NCBI GenBank assembly: GCA_977020255.1
Contig: CDROCS010000703.1
Coordinates: 62,001-126,000 of the forward strand
Direction of reading: 5' to 3'
Origin: Obrimoposthia wandeli
Lineage: Eukaryota
Length of the DNA stretch: 64,000 nucleotides
Shown: positions 63,841 through 64,000 of the stretch, piece after piece
How positions within the stretch are numbered: the stretch's first letter is position 1
How the letters are laid out: each line of letters opens with the position of its first letter
Position numbers and translations under genes: made by a program
Notes under the pieces: generated by a model
What the model was told of the DNA's origin: nothing
Seen by the model: the letters and a program-made list of their open reading frames with translations, nothing else
Database searches by the model: none

Positions 63841-64000
63841 AATTTTAAAAATGCAATTTATCCAGTAGAGTGTCCTTCTGGTGGTGGGAAAACCCTTTTG
63901 ATTGTAATTTACTAAATATTAAATTATTTAAATGACCTTTATAAACAATTAAATTGGCATGGACGTGGTGGGAGTGAAGCAGGTTTAACTAAAACTTAAT
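63841..64000 (+). pseudogene. second packaging-ATPase copy, retaining Walker A
   Basis: ECPSGGGKTLLI, then WHGRGGSEAGLTKT, homologous to WHHSGGGESGLTKT at ~53495. Confidence 0.75.

Overview
Strongly AT-rich, repeat-dense metazoan genomic DNA with no operons, CRISPR array or tRNA recognised. One host gene could be assembled by hand: an 8-exon, ~623-aa type I membrane protein on + (7577-45283) with signal peptide, Cys-rich Ig-like ectodomain, one TM helix and a long low-complexity tail. All splice phases are compatible. The rest is mostly mobile DNA. The main theme is a decayed Maverick/Polinton-like (polintovirus-type) family, present as several fragments. Together they show AGTAG-ended TIRs, a packaging ATPase, a major-capsid N-terminus, an integrase-type chromodomain, a possible pPolB piece and orphan genes. 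Some orphan genes carry short spliceosomal introns. A neighbouring block encoding a divergent TBP-like protein and a DUSP-like protein is tied to the family only by shared promoter motifs. Non-autonomous derivatives use two related TIR types: a 180-bp mini-element and a 4.9-kb non-coding element with a near-perfect 6-bp TSD. The 4.9-kb element contains 12 covarying hairpins downstream of a TATA box. Also present are a DD37E Tc1/mariner element with a ~390-bp 18S rRNA fragment inserted in it, other Tc1/mariner and LINE relics, MITEs, a Ty3/Gypsy element split by the TBP/DUSP block, and tandem arrays with 15-, 16-, 34-, ~123- and 165-bp units. Long ORFs in the satellites are artefacts. All family assignments come from motifs read by eye; no searches were run.
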